Shown here in pieces: positions 12,480-24,000 of a DNA stretch of 64,000 nt. A program made the position numbers and the translations under genes. The stretch is from Anthoceros angustus (taxonomy: Eukaryota > Plantae > Anthocerotophyta). The notes beneath the pieces are model-generated. The model was given only the letters and a program-made list of their open reading frames with translations. It was not told where the DNA came from and ran no database searches. The first letter of the stretch is position 1. Each line of letters opens with the position of its first letter. Where the stretch lies: contig VJWM01000116.1 of assembly GCA_010909165.1 (NCBI GenBank), forward strand, positions 186,001 to 250,000, given 5' to 3'.

Positions 12480-14100
12480 TGGATTACATCTTCGCTTGTG
12501 GTGTGGAAGAAGCGTGTTTGTATGTGTGAAATTGGGAGCGTGAAACTTGGAAGGATGTGAAACTTGGAGCGTGTTTGGTAGCGGAAAAATATCGGGCGTT
12601 GGAGGCACACCGCGTCTGTTGCAGGAGGAGCGGGAAAAATGGCAAAACACCGTGAAAAGAGTTCTGAGGAACCGGATAAGTACATGCTCCTCGCTATAGG
12701 AATGGACGAGAAGAGGCGAGATTCCACACTTTGCGTTGGCCAAAGAATCTTGATGAGGACCGTGTGTATGCCGTAGTGGGTTGCATGATCCACAATTATC
12801 GTCTGTGCAAGAGTGTTTTGCACTATGCCAATTTGAGGAACGATGCGAATCGACAATCGGGGATTATTCAAGATGTTATTCTTAATTATAAAGGAGTGCT
12901 ACCCAAAGTGCTCTATTTGACTTGACAACACTTGCGGAAAACAAGAACCATTTGTTGTTTGCGTGTTTGAACATGCTAGTTGATATGGGAACTTTTCAAG
13001 GTGAAGGTTGGGTTCCTCCTTGTTGGGCACACTCACGACCAAATCGACCGATGTTCTCTTGCTTTTCCAAAAGCTTGAAGCACAAGGAGGCACACACTCT
13101 TCCCGCGTTGGCCGACATCTTGGTTCGTTCATGCATACACGCCTACACCGGAGATCAAAGTTTTGCGGAGGTCCGGACTTGTCATATGTATGGCCGATTA
13201 GACAAGCGATGGTCGCCAGCATATTCATCATCGGTGAGAAAATTGAACAACTTATCTTTCCGGCACGGTTTAAAATCACGGAGAAGACAAACGGGGTAGG
13301 TGGTGTGATGATAGGAGCAAGCAATATTCGACATCGATGTATTGGGAAAGCGAAGCCGGGTTGGAGTTTTTGAAATTTGTCCCTCCAACGACACCACTGC
13401 GGTTTGTCGGCCCTCGCTCGAGACAAGAAAGGGCGTCGGCGGGGTTATCTCCGACGGAGTGGCACATTTGAGGCGGATGCAGCCGGCTGCGGCCATATGT
13501 GGACGAGAATATGGATGGTGGGAAGCATTGGGTGGACCAAGAAGAAATCGCAATAATCGTGGAGAACAATATTGGGCTCGCACTAGAAGTGCCGTGGAAA
13601 TGGTTCTCTCGGGCGGAATCGGAAGAAAGCAGCAACCACTCCAAGTTCCGATGAAGCTATCCTAGAGGCGTTGCTAAGAGAACTCCCCAGCAGGATATGT
13701 ACTTGGGGCCTTACAGTTGGGAAGCGGGAAATAACGCGTTGCATGGAGATGTAAAAGACATAAAGGAAGGATGTTCATCGCAGACCTTGTACCAAATACG
13801 CATAATCGGCCTTCGGATTGGGAAAGTTAATCGGTGAGGTTGGATGTGGAAGAGCCTCATTTCACTGTTCACAGTGGGTGAGCACACAGATGCATATGAA
13901 GGCGGTCGTGGAAGAATATGTGATTCAGGACCATCCACTTGAGACATTTGGGATTGGAAGGAAAAAGGGTGGGAAGGCAAATTTCGAAGAATGTTCAAGA
14001 AGTCTTCATCAATAAAACGTCATCATATTATGGGTTCGGTTTGAATTCCGTAAACATCTCTATTCCATTGACAAAAAGCGATCGGGGATAAGTTGAATGA
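12480..14100 (+). mobile_element. Degenerate DDD-type DNA transposase, Sola-like / DUF7869-type
   Basis: Joining frames across single-base indels gives HREKSSEEPDKYMLLAI(D)GMD (about 12650-12710), LPKVLYL-x-LDNTC-x-ENKNHLLFACLNMLVDMG (12898-12990) and VKVGFLLVGHTHDQIDRMFSCFSK (13001-13070). These match the DGMD / LDN..ENKN / GHTHxxID.FS motif series I recall for this family. The superfamily label needs HMM confirmation. Confidence 0.65.
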
Positions 14101-16906
14101 ATTGCGGGGCTTCATCGAGCCACCCAAAGTGCAAGAGTAGCGAAGGCGGTGAGGACATCGGGCCCTTGGACATGGAAGGTGTCAATTCGGGAGATGAGTG
14201 AAAAGATGTATGAAGTGGAGGCAAACATCGGTGGACATCGGTGGACAAGAGGGTTTACTCTCTGACTGTCGAAGTGTGCTGACCGCCAAGTGTTAGGGTC
14301 AAAGTGGGGAGCTCGCGTTAGTGATAGGGAATGACCTGTTGGTGCTATCATTCGGTGATTGGAAGTTGAAGAAGTAGGAGTCACTTCCCCTGGCCGTAGG
14401 TTGCGATGTCGACATGGACAAATGGCGAGGCGGCCGGTGGGCGCCGCCATTTTCACCATCCTCTAGTAGCATGGAAACCGTTTTCCGCACCGATCTGTAT
14501 TGTACATTTTGTCGAGACTATATATAACCCATCCACGCGCATGCCTAAATCCTACATCGTGGAAACCCGATAGTTGGGCACGACCTTCTTGCCAAAAACA
14601 AGACTATGGGTTACGGGCGGGGTTCGGAAAGAAGCACCATTCTTTACCAATGATGATGGTGAAGATTGCGCAATGTCTTCAAAAGACCTTGTTTATTTAG
14701 GCATGCCTCATCAACCCGTTCCCTTTTAGTCCTTAGGGTACTTATGGTAAGCAAGCATGGGTCGTATTATGCCAAATTCGATGGCGAACTCGCTAACCCT
14801 TTGTGTGATGGAACCTTTGCTCGGGCGTCAATTTCATCCTTATCGACCCTTATTTTCAGGCCTTTTGGAGCGATGTTGCCCAAAGGAGCGGAATCGACCC
14901 ATCCCAAACCCCTTCCGACGATATTTGGATGAAAACCCCCAGATATATTAACCCCTTCCAAGATTATCACCACCGTGGTGGCTTGCTTTGCTTGCGGACG
15001 ATCCAGTTGTCATAGGGCACAAGTGAAAGCTATCTGATGTGACAGGAGAGCTATGTGGTCGGGACCACTCCCTTGAGGTTGAGGCTTTGGGAGTTGCATG
15101 CGGACCTGTTGTGGCGTTGTATTTCCAAGCCTCCGATTTTTTAAAGAGGTGTAGTGGAGAAGGACCTCGCTCGCCATGCTTTCGGTGAACAGGGGCATCG
15201 ATCGAGACATTACGGATGTATGTCTCTTGTATGGAAGCTTGCAAGGTGCGATCCACATTGTCGGATGTATTTACAGTGGTGGCTAAAGCAGATGCCTTCA
15301 CGTGGTGCCATAATCTCCGCTTATGTTAAGCTTACAACTCTATGATCATACATCTGCTATGCAAGTACGCATAATCGGCCTTCGGATTGGGAAAGTTAAT
15401 CGTGAGGTTGGATGTGGAAGAGCCTCATTTCGTTCATCGTACAGATCGAGCATGATGCATATGAAGGCGATACGTGGAAGAATATGTGATTCCCCATCCA
15501 CCGAGACAATTGGGATTGGAAGGAAAAAGGGTGGGAAGGCAAATTTCAAGAATGTTCAAGAAGTCTTCATCAATAAAACCGCTATCTTGTATTATGGGTT
15601 CGGTTTGAATTCGTAAACATCTCTATTCCATTGACAAAAAGCGATCGTGATAAGTTGAATGAATTGCGGGGCTTCATCGAGCCACCCAAAGTGCACAGAA
15701 GATAGTGAAAAGACGGTGAGGACATCGGGCCCTTGGACATGGAAGGTGTCAATTCGGGAGATGAGTGAAAAGATGTATGAAGTGGAGGCAAACAGGTGGA
15801 CATCGGTAGACAAGAGGGTTTACTCGACCGTCAAGTGTGCGACCGCCAAGTGTTAGGCTCAAAGTGGGAGCTCGTTAGTGATAGGGAATCACCGTTGGTG
15901 CTATCATTCGTGATCGGAAGTTGAAGAAGTTGGAGTCACCGGCCGTAGGTTGCGCGGCGACATGGACAAATGGCGGGCGGTGGGCGGCGCCCGCCATTTT
16001 CACCATCCTTAGTAGCATGGAAACCGCCCGCACTGTATTGTACATTTTGTTCGCATATATAACCCATCCGTGACGCATGCCTAAATCCTAAATCGTGGAA
16101 ACCTGAGCACGCCCGAGCCCTTCTTGCCAAAAACAAAAGACTATGGGTTCGACGACTGGAAAGAAGCACCATTCTTTACCAATGATGAGTGAAGATTGCC
16201 GCAATGTCTTCAAAAGACCTTGTTTATTTAGATCGGCCTCATCAACCCGTTCCCTTTTAGTCCTTCCGGTACTTATGGTAAGCAAGCATGGGTCGTATTA
16301 TGCCAAATTCGATGGCGAACTCGCTAACCCTTTGTGTGATGGAACCTTTGCTCGGGCGTCAATTTCATCCTTATCGACCCTTATTTTCAGGCCTTTTGGA
16401 GCGATGTTGCCCAAAGGAGCGGAATCGACCCATCCCAAACCCCTTCCGACGATATTTGGATGAAAACCCCATCAGATATTAACCCCTTCCAAGATTATCA
16501 CCACCGTGGTGGCTTGCTTTGCTTGCGGACGATCCAGTTGTCATAGGGCACAAGTGAAAGCTATCTGATGTGACAGGAGAGCTATGTGGTCGGGACCACT
16601 CCCTTGAGGTTGAGGCTTTGGGAGTTGCATGCGGACCTGTTGTGGCGTTGTATTTCCAAGCCTCCGATTTTTTAAAGAGGTGTAGTGGAGAAGGACCTCG
16701 CTCGCCATGCTTTCGGTGAACAGGGGCATCGATCGAGACATTACGGATGTATGTCTCTTGTATGGAAGCTTGCAAGGTGCGATCCACATTGTCGGATGTA
16801 TTTACGGTGGTGGCTAAAGCAGATGCCTTCACGTGGTGCCATAATCTCCGCTTATGTTAAGCTTACAACTCTATGATCATACATCTGCTATGCAAGTACG
16901 CATAAT
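13797..16906. repeat. Tandem duplication of a ~1.55-kb TE-derived unit (13797-15365 and 15366-16896)
   Basis: Near-identical ORFs recur at offset 1531 (14948/16479, 15010/16541, 15154/16685). The 10-mer TACGCATAAT marks all three boundaries (13797, 15366, 16897). The copies differ mostly by small indels; the offset drifts from 1569 to 1531. Confidence 0.9.
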
Positions 16907-17544
16907 TGCATGCGAAGTGTGGGTTGGAAGACACTCAGTGTCTAATGTGCTATGCAAGGAAAGGGCATGGTTTTCCTCATATTGTGATGTTTGTTTGTCT
17001 CCTGTAGGCCTGTACAATTCTGGGCCCTTCACCTTGGAGATGGGGAAGCTAGCTCGATTTGCAAATAGGAGAACGGTTTCAGTGCATAGCTCACCTCGAT
17101 GAGATATTATGGGTTTAAAGCTATGAGGGATTGCCAATTGCAACCGCGGATATGGAGAGTTGTTTGTAGGCTAGCAATTTCATTTTTGTACCGTGGGGAC
17201 CAGTCCTCAATGAAGATTGAGCATGTCATGCAGCGATGGGTACTCAACCAACGAGCTCTCCTTCAAACATTAATGATGAACCCTCTGAATGCATCTTCCC
17301 GAGGAAGCCCATCGACCACTCTGAGAATGCACTTCTCATAGATGATGCGAAGGTCTAGTTAGTCGAGCCTCAACACAATCCAATAATATTTTATCTAAAG
17401 TTTCAACAATTGCCATTGTTTTTCAAACAAAAAATTGATCAGATTGTATTCGATAAATCATGTATTCTTGTTGTGAGATTTGTGTGTACCAACTTTATCA
17501 AACTACAATTCATACAATCTTAGGAGATACTAGGTGTACAAGTT

Positions 17545-19086
17545 TTAGGACCAAACACAAGACGATTTGGTAAACCCTAGTCGATTGTTATGAATATCAT
17601 ATTCGATAAAGAAATTCTGTTGTTGCAAATTTCCGAGTATGCTAAAACTTCCTATAGTACTGTCGATGATTGCAAGACAATATGTACTACTTCCATATTC
17701 ATAGAATAGGTTTTCTTTGGGAAGCTTCATTTCGACCTCAGAAACATTATCATTCCAATTTTGAAAGTGAAAACTCACGGTGGGAAACTGAGTTGAATAA
17801 AAAGTGTCTCTTGTGATATTATAGCATAATCTAAACTCGTCGTTGTCCACAACAGGTAAGTCTATTAACTCATCAAAGACTTCAGCTAAGACAAGAGCTG
17901 CCGGGAAAGCCAATTGTGTGAATGTGGTGCCGGAGTCAATTATTGTGCCAGTATAGTCAATGGTTGTAAGTTCAAATAAGGATGAGTAGATGTTCAATCG
18001 ACTTCCTCCTACGGAAATTCCTCTGAGGTTGATAAAATAATATGAAGGTTCCCAAGAGCCTAATAGAATTGGAGTGTAGAAAATATGATATTTAGATCCA
18101 TTCTGCCAATTATTTTTATCTCCAAATGATAAATAGCTAATAGCATTCTTTTGAGTCATTCTATCCGGAAAGCGCACTAATAGGACATAAATACCTCAGG
18201 TTAAAAAATAATAGTCACTAAAGAAAAATAAGATTTTAATACATCAAAAGTATCATCTTTCATTAAAAACAATTCTACCTGAACTTGACAAAATTTGGGG
18301 CTTTTGTGCGAGCAGCTAGTTGCATTCCAAGAGAATTTTTATCTCTACCTAAACCCAAAATACCCGTGTCCATATTTGGAGCTTCATGTGGACGACAATA
18401 GAAATTTGTCACACATCCAAATTGGATGCCTATAATTTTTTTATTATAATGCAATTCTTTTTCATTTATCACAGTCAAAGTGTCTATAGCAAGATATCCT
18501 TCAACTGAGGTTCCATCTCCATATTTATTTTAAAGGTTTGTTGTCTTCCATTGCCAAGCTTAAGTTGCTTATATGTACTTGACTTTAAAGGATTGAATGA
18601 ACCTTGATCATGTTCACAACCTCGACCTTCACATATTTCACATCGAATCCACAATTGATGACTGCCTGTATCTAAAATAAGTTGTGTATCTTGTGGTGGT
18701 GTTCCCATTTTAAGCTTGACATAGTATTCATCTTGCCAAAAGTTACTTGGAGATATAAGGGGGTTTTTTAAATTCAATTTCCTTGATTCGTTCTGCCTTG
18801 GATATTTTAAACTTACTTTTGTTGGGCCTTCGAAGAGACCTTCATGTCGTTTTGGAATGTAGTAATCTCTAATTAGAGTACTATTCAGAAAGTGTGCATG
18901 AAAGAGAGGAAAAGTATGTTCAGGATTCTCTCCCAAAATATCTTGTAAGGACGGTAGGATATTCTTAGTCTCAGTCATCAAGTAATTACAACTTGCAAAA
19001 CTTGAAAAAGTTCCCAAAAAGATGTACAACTGAATAAATATTTTCAGTATTATTTTAAAATTATATACAAATATAATATTATCCAT
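17545..19086 (-). CDS. Secreted A1-family aspartic protease (nepenthesin/CDR1-like, TAXi_N + TAXi_C), AT-rich, at least one apparent frameshift
   Basis: Hydrophobic N-terminus from ATG 19086, then YYVKLKMGTPPQ and LILDTGS (first catalytic Asp, about 18661-18684). Adding one A at about 18525 restores YGDGTSVEGYLAIDTLT. FGC and GILGLGR follow, then IIDSGTT (second Asp, 17926-17940) and ILGNLQQQNFFIEYD. A probable short intron lies near 18180-18280. Confidence 0.85.
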
Positions 19087-21066
19087 TTTGCGATGAAAGA
19101 TTGAAATCAAATGATGTCAGAAATACAATGTTGAAGTAGTGTTATCTTGTGAGATGCACAAATTTCAAATTGTCACCCAACAGTTTCCTTCTCTAAAATA
19201 AATTAAAAAAAGTCATAAGTTGGAACAGTCTTTAAGAAAAGGCTATCAAACATTTTTCACTTCTCACCATCTGGTGTACACATAAAACTTTGAAAGTTGA
19301 TATTATAAGTGGATGAGTTAACCTTTGAATGCCAATATTTTTCTAGTGAACATATTTTATATGAGATTGTGTAATCTATTTTAGAAGCTTTTCATATTTT
19401 TTTTGTATAAATAAACTTCCATAAAAGGATTGCCTAGTCCCAGAATGACAATCAAGCTAGCTGGAAACGAATGATTTGAAAATCCCTATTTAGATTCTCA
19501 AAATTTAGGGTTCTCCACATAGTTCTCCACAAAATTGGGGTTGTCCCTAGCATGATTCGTTTGTCCAAGCCGTGCGAAGTTCCTTGCTTCGCAATGAATA
19601 CCTGCACATGAAACTTTTGTGGAGGATTTTTTTGTATACTCGAATTTCCAAGCTTTTTAGAAAGACACTAAATTGATGAACTTATTTCAGTAGGTCCCTA
19701 TTCTTTTGTTCGTATAAATAAATTTCTATTCAAGTTTTGAATTAAGATGTAAATGAATTGGTTGGTTTCTTTTGCAGATGTGATTGTGACAGACCCTACT
19801 TCGGGACAGTATTTGTGAGCATATTATCATCAACTCTCCGGGTTGGGTGGCGGAGGGATGTAGAGTAGTGAAGGTTGGCAGGTACATCCATGCAGGAAGA
19901 CCACACATTGATTGCCCCTACCATCGAGACCTACAGGGCCATGCCAAAGATTTCTTCGGGTTCATTTGGCTGCCCAAAATGGGCAATTACGGCGACTCAG
20001 GGCTATTTGCCTTTTTTCGGGGTAGATGAATTTCCATTTTTTTCCTACGTAAAGTCTATGTTTTATTTTGTTCTTGTTGTAGTTAGATATTAGGATGGAA
20101 GTTCTAAAAAGACCGTGTTAACTCATACTTTTGCCGCTCGTTGAAGTAAGGTTTAGTCAGTCGTTTCAGTCATGATTGTCCCTCTTTCCGAGCAAAAGAG
20201 TTCTAAAGTAATGGAGACTTTATTAAAAAAAAGAGATCACCATCTACCCCGAACCTAGGGGACCACCCAGTAAGTAATGGGACATGAGAATTTGGATCTT
20301 TCTAAAGGCAGGCCCCGAGTCGAAGGCATTGCTTGTTGCTCTCTCCCTCCCTTCATTGTCGTAATTTCATTGACACTGTTAATTAATTGATTGAAGATTA
20401 TTTATCTTGTTTGAATTTTACCTTTACATTCGTCCATACCATTGTACCGCAATCTACGTAGTTATCATATTTCAATCCCATGAGGGAAATCCGTCCTTAG
20501 TGAACTTCAATAAACTTCTTCTTCTTCTTCCTCCCTCCCTTCCTTCCTTTCTTCAAACCTTCAAATCTTCAAACCGCGTTGATTTTGGTGACGTTGTGGT
20601 CCCAAGACTTCGTCGTGCTGCATGGTGGTAGGATTACTTTACTCACAGAGTCAGTGATCGGCTGTCCATTGTACAGGGTAGGGTGGTTCCTGGAAGGTGT
20701 GGGAGCTCGCGTGCCTCCTGCAGGCTGCTTTATCTGGTCCAATGGCAGCCGGATGTAGATACACGAGAGTCCAAAAGAGAAGAACGACGTCCCGTCAACA
20801 CCATGAAAGCACAGTCACGACTACGCCAAATCATGCTCGTCTTGTGAGTCTGGAGTAGCTAAGAAGCAAGCACATGGCTTGATTCGTATCTCAAGGCCGG
20901 GTCCCCCCCGTCTTTGATGCGTTGGTGCTTCCGCGAAGCTGCGACGGTGGGGGATGCGAATGCAGCCCAGTCTGCCATTGTACACTCACACTCGCCTCAG
21001 GTGGTGGGTGAGCTGGGCTGGTGCGGCCTCTGAGCTCTGGTGGGCTTAGTATGCGAGGATTGGGCC

Positions 21067-24000
21067 ATGGCGGACGGAACGAGGCTGCGTCCTGTTGCGG
21101 AGGAGAATGGGCGGAGTGTGGAGGATTCTCGGCGGCCGGTGCCTCCCTCCGAGAGGTATTGGGCGACGGCTGACGAGTGGGATAAGATGGCAGAGATCCT
21201 GGATAAAGCTGGCAACCTCCAGACCCCGAGCCTTGCGGTGGGTGACTCGACTTCGGGGTGTGGGTGATGGGTACGGTGGTAGGAAGGATGGTGGGATGCT
21301 GATGCTTGGCATTGCTAACATTGTTGGAACTTGGCACTGCACAGGGCTCGAATGAGGAAGGTTCGAGCAAGGGGGTGGGCGTTAGTGTGGAGGGGGTGAT
21401 GTCCGAGCTGCTGGATCTGTTTGGGGATATCGGGACCTACGGTTTGGTCTTCAAGCTGGCTGCATTCATCCGAAACCGAGTGGAGACGATGCAGGATGTG
21501 GAGGAGCGGAGCAAGCAGGTGGCAGAGCAGACTGAGTTCATTTGGAAGAGCTTCGAGAAGGTGGAGATACAGTTCACACTTTCCGATGTGTCCATCCTGG
21601 AGCAGGCGGCCGAGACCTTGTGTTTCTGTGCCGTTGTGTTGCAGAGGTTGCGCGTAAGGAGTTCGGGGTGAGTGAGTGGGAGTCTTCCCTGACGGTTCGG
21701 ATGGAATTAAGGGGTTTGTTGATGTCTGCTGCAGGGAATGAGCTGATGGATGGAACAACTGTGGTGTGGCAGGCCTTGTGCTTGCCTGCTCATCAAATTA
21801 TGCAGCTTCCTGTCTGCACCTGCGAATCAAGCGGCGTTGGTGACATCCGCAGAGAAGCTCAGGAGCTGGGAGAATCTGTCTCTTGCCCCACAGACTCGCC
21901 ATCCCGTTTCCGATCTGCCGGATCTTCAGTGGCCCCCGGCGGTCGGGATCGATGACCAGATTGATGAGGTGCTCGAGTTTCTGGGTCAGACTAACTCTGA
22001 CCAGGGCGTGTCGTGCGTGGTCTGCTTCCACGGGGTGAAGGGTGTGGGTAAGAGCCGGCTCATGTTCGAGGTGCAGAACAGGTTCCCAGCCAAGTCCATC
22101 ATCGACAAATTCTACACCATGGACTTCGCCTCAGCATCCGATCTCCAAAGCCTCCTGTACTTGCAACAGGGGCTCGTGGAGCATCTCCAGGGCATAGAAC
22201 GGCCACTGCACTGAGAAGTACGGATTCGGGCAGGACGACTATCAGGAGGTGCCTGGCTTTCCTGAAGGCGAAGAAGCAGCGGGTGCTGTTTGCCTTCGAC
22301 AACGTTGGGAAGGCGGAACACTTGACTTCCATCTTGCCACTGAACCTAGCTGAGAAGCTGCCCGCTGGGAGCTGCATTCTGGTGTCACTGGCCCACAACG
22401 ATCAGATTCTGAGAGCCATCGAACAGGTGTTTCCACGCAGCAGGACATGCCAGCACAAAACACACTCGGTGACTGCTCTGAAAGAAGAGGATGCCAAGAA
22501 GCTCCTCAGCCTGCACGCAGTCAACCTGCCGAAGGACGAGTCGGTGGTGGAAAAACTCGTTGCCCGCTGTGAAGGGCTCCCTTTGCTGCTCAAGGCCGTG
22601 GGTCAAGAGCAGTGGGCAGACTGGCAAGCTGTGCTGGACGCTCTGACCAAAGCTGAAGACGGTGCTCAGGTGCCTGATGAGCTTACCGGGGTGATGACGC
22701 ATCCCAACGCCGTGCCACCAGAAAAACCTTCACCCGCTGGCAGGTTAACAGATTATGTGCCATACTCTCTTGTGGAACCGATTGACAGCAAATTGGAGAA
22801 CGCGGCCCTGAACAAGCGCCTGGACAGCAAGTTGAAGGTTGTGTTCGGAGCCCTGGATGAAGAGCTGCAGAATGCGCTGAATGACATCCGAAGCTTGCTC
22901 GCTGGTTGGGACTGGAAGACAGTGGAGGCCATCCTTGGGACAGATCTTGATCATGGGAAGGACTTGATGAAGAAGCTGGCTGATCGGTCTCTCATATCCC
23001 CAAGGTGAGCAGGGGCCGAGACCTTGTGTTTCTGTGCCGTTGTGTTGCAGAGGTTGCGCGTCAGGAGTTCAGGGGGTGAGTGAGTGGGAGTCTTCCTGAC
23101 GGTTCGGATGGAATTAAGGGGTTTGTTGATGTCTGCTGCAGGGAATGAGCTGATGGATGGAACAACTGTGGTGTGGCAGGCCTTGTGCTTGCCTGCTCAT
23201 CAAATTATGCAGCTTCCTGTCTGCACCTGCGAATCAAGCGGCGTTGGTGACATCCGCAGAGAAGCTCAGGAGCTTTCGGGAGAATCTGTCTCTTGCCCTA
23301 CAGACTCGCCATCCCGTTTCCGATCTGCCGGATCTTCAGTGGCCCCCGGCGGTCGGGATCGATGACCAGATTGATGAGGTGCTCGAGTTTCTGGGTCAGA
23401 CTAACTCTGACCAGGGCGTGTCGTGCGTGGTCTGCTTCCACGGGGTGAAGGGTGTGGGTAAGAGCCGGCTCATGTTCGAGGTGCAGAACAGGTTCCCAGC
23501 CAAGTCCATCATCGACAAATTCTACACCATGGACTTCGCCTCAGCATCCGATCTCCAAAGCCTCCTGTACTTGCAACAGGGGCTCGTGGAGCATCTCCAG
23601 GGCATAGGCACGGCCACTGCACTGAGAAGTACGGATTCGGGCAGGACGACTATCAGGAGGTGCCTGGCTTTCCTGAAGGCGAAGAAGCAGCGGGTGCTGT
23701 TTGCCTTCGACAACGTTGGGAAGGCGGAACACTTGACTTCCATCTTGCCACTGAACCTAGCTGAGAAGCTGCCCGCTGGGAGCTGCATTCTGGTGTCACT
23801 GGCCCACAACGATCAGATTCTGAGAGCCATCGAACAGGTGTTTCCACGCAGCAGGACATGCCAGCACAAAACACACTCGGTGACTGCTCTGAAAGAAGAG
23901 GATGCCAAGAAGCTCCTCAGCCTGCACGCACCTGCCGAAGGACGAGTCGGTGGTGGAAAACTCGTTGCCCGCTGTGAAGGGCTCCCTTTGCTGCTCAAGG

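Noticed and set aside
14500-15350. L1/LINE reverse-transcriptase C-terminus or Ulp1-protease-like remnant (VYLGMP, AMLPKG, WWLALL)
   Set aside because: The resemblances are short and scattered across frames, and YLGMP is not preserved in the duplicate copy. Left unassigned pending BLASTx.
8979-19348. One giant CACTA element (5' CACTACAAGAAT, 3' ATTTTTCTAGTG at 19348) carrying the transposase relic and the protease
   Set aside because: The ends match at only 10/12, and the flanking triplets differ (TAA vs AAC), so there is no 3-bp TSD.
19785-20622. Possible solo LTR (TGTGAC...CA followed by TGG, with an AATAAA-like signal)
   Set aside because: There is no matching target-site duplication, no terminal inverted match, and no recognisable primer-binding site.
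21067-21130. MADA/MAEPL cell-death motif at the NLR start (MADG...)
   Set aside because: Only the first three residues match; the hydrophobic periodicity of those motifs is absent.
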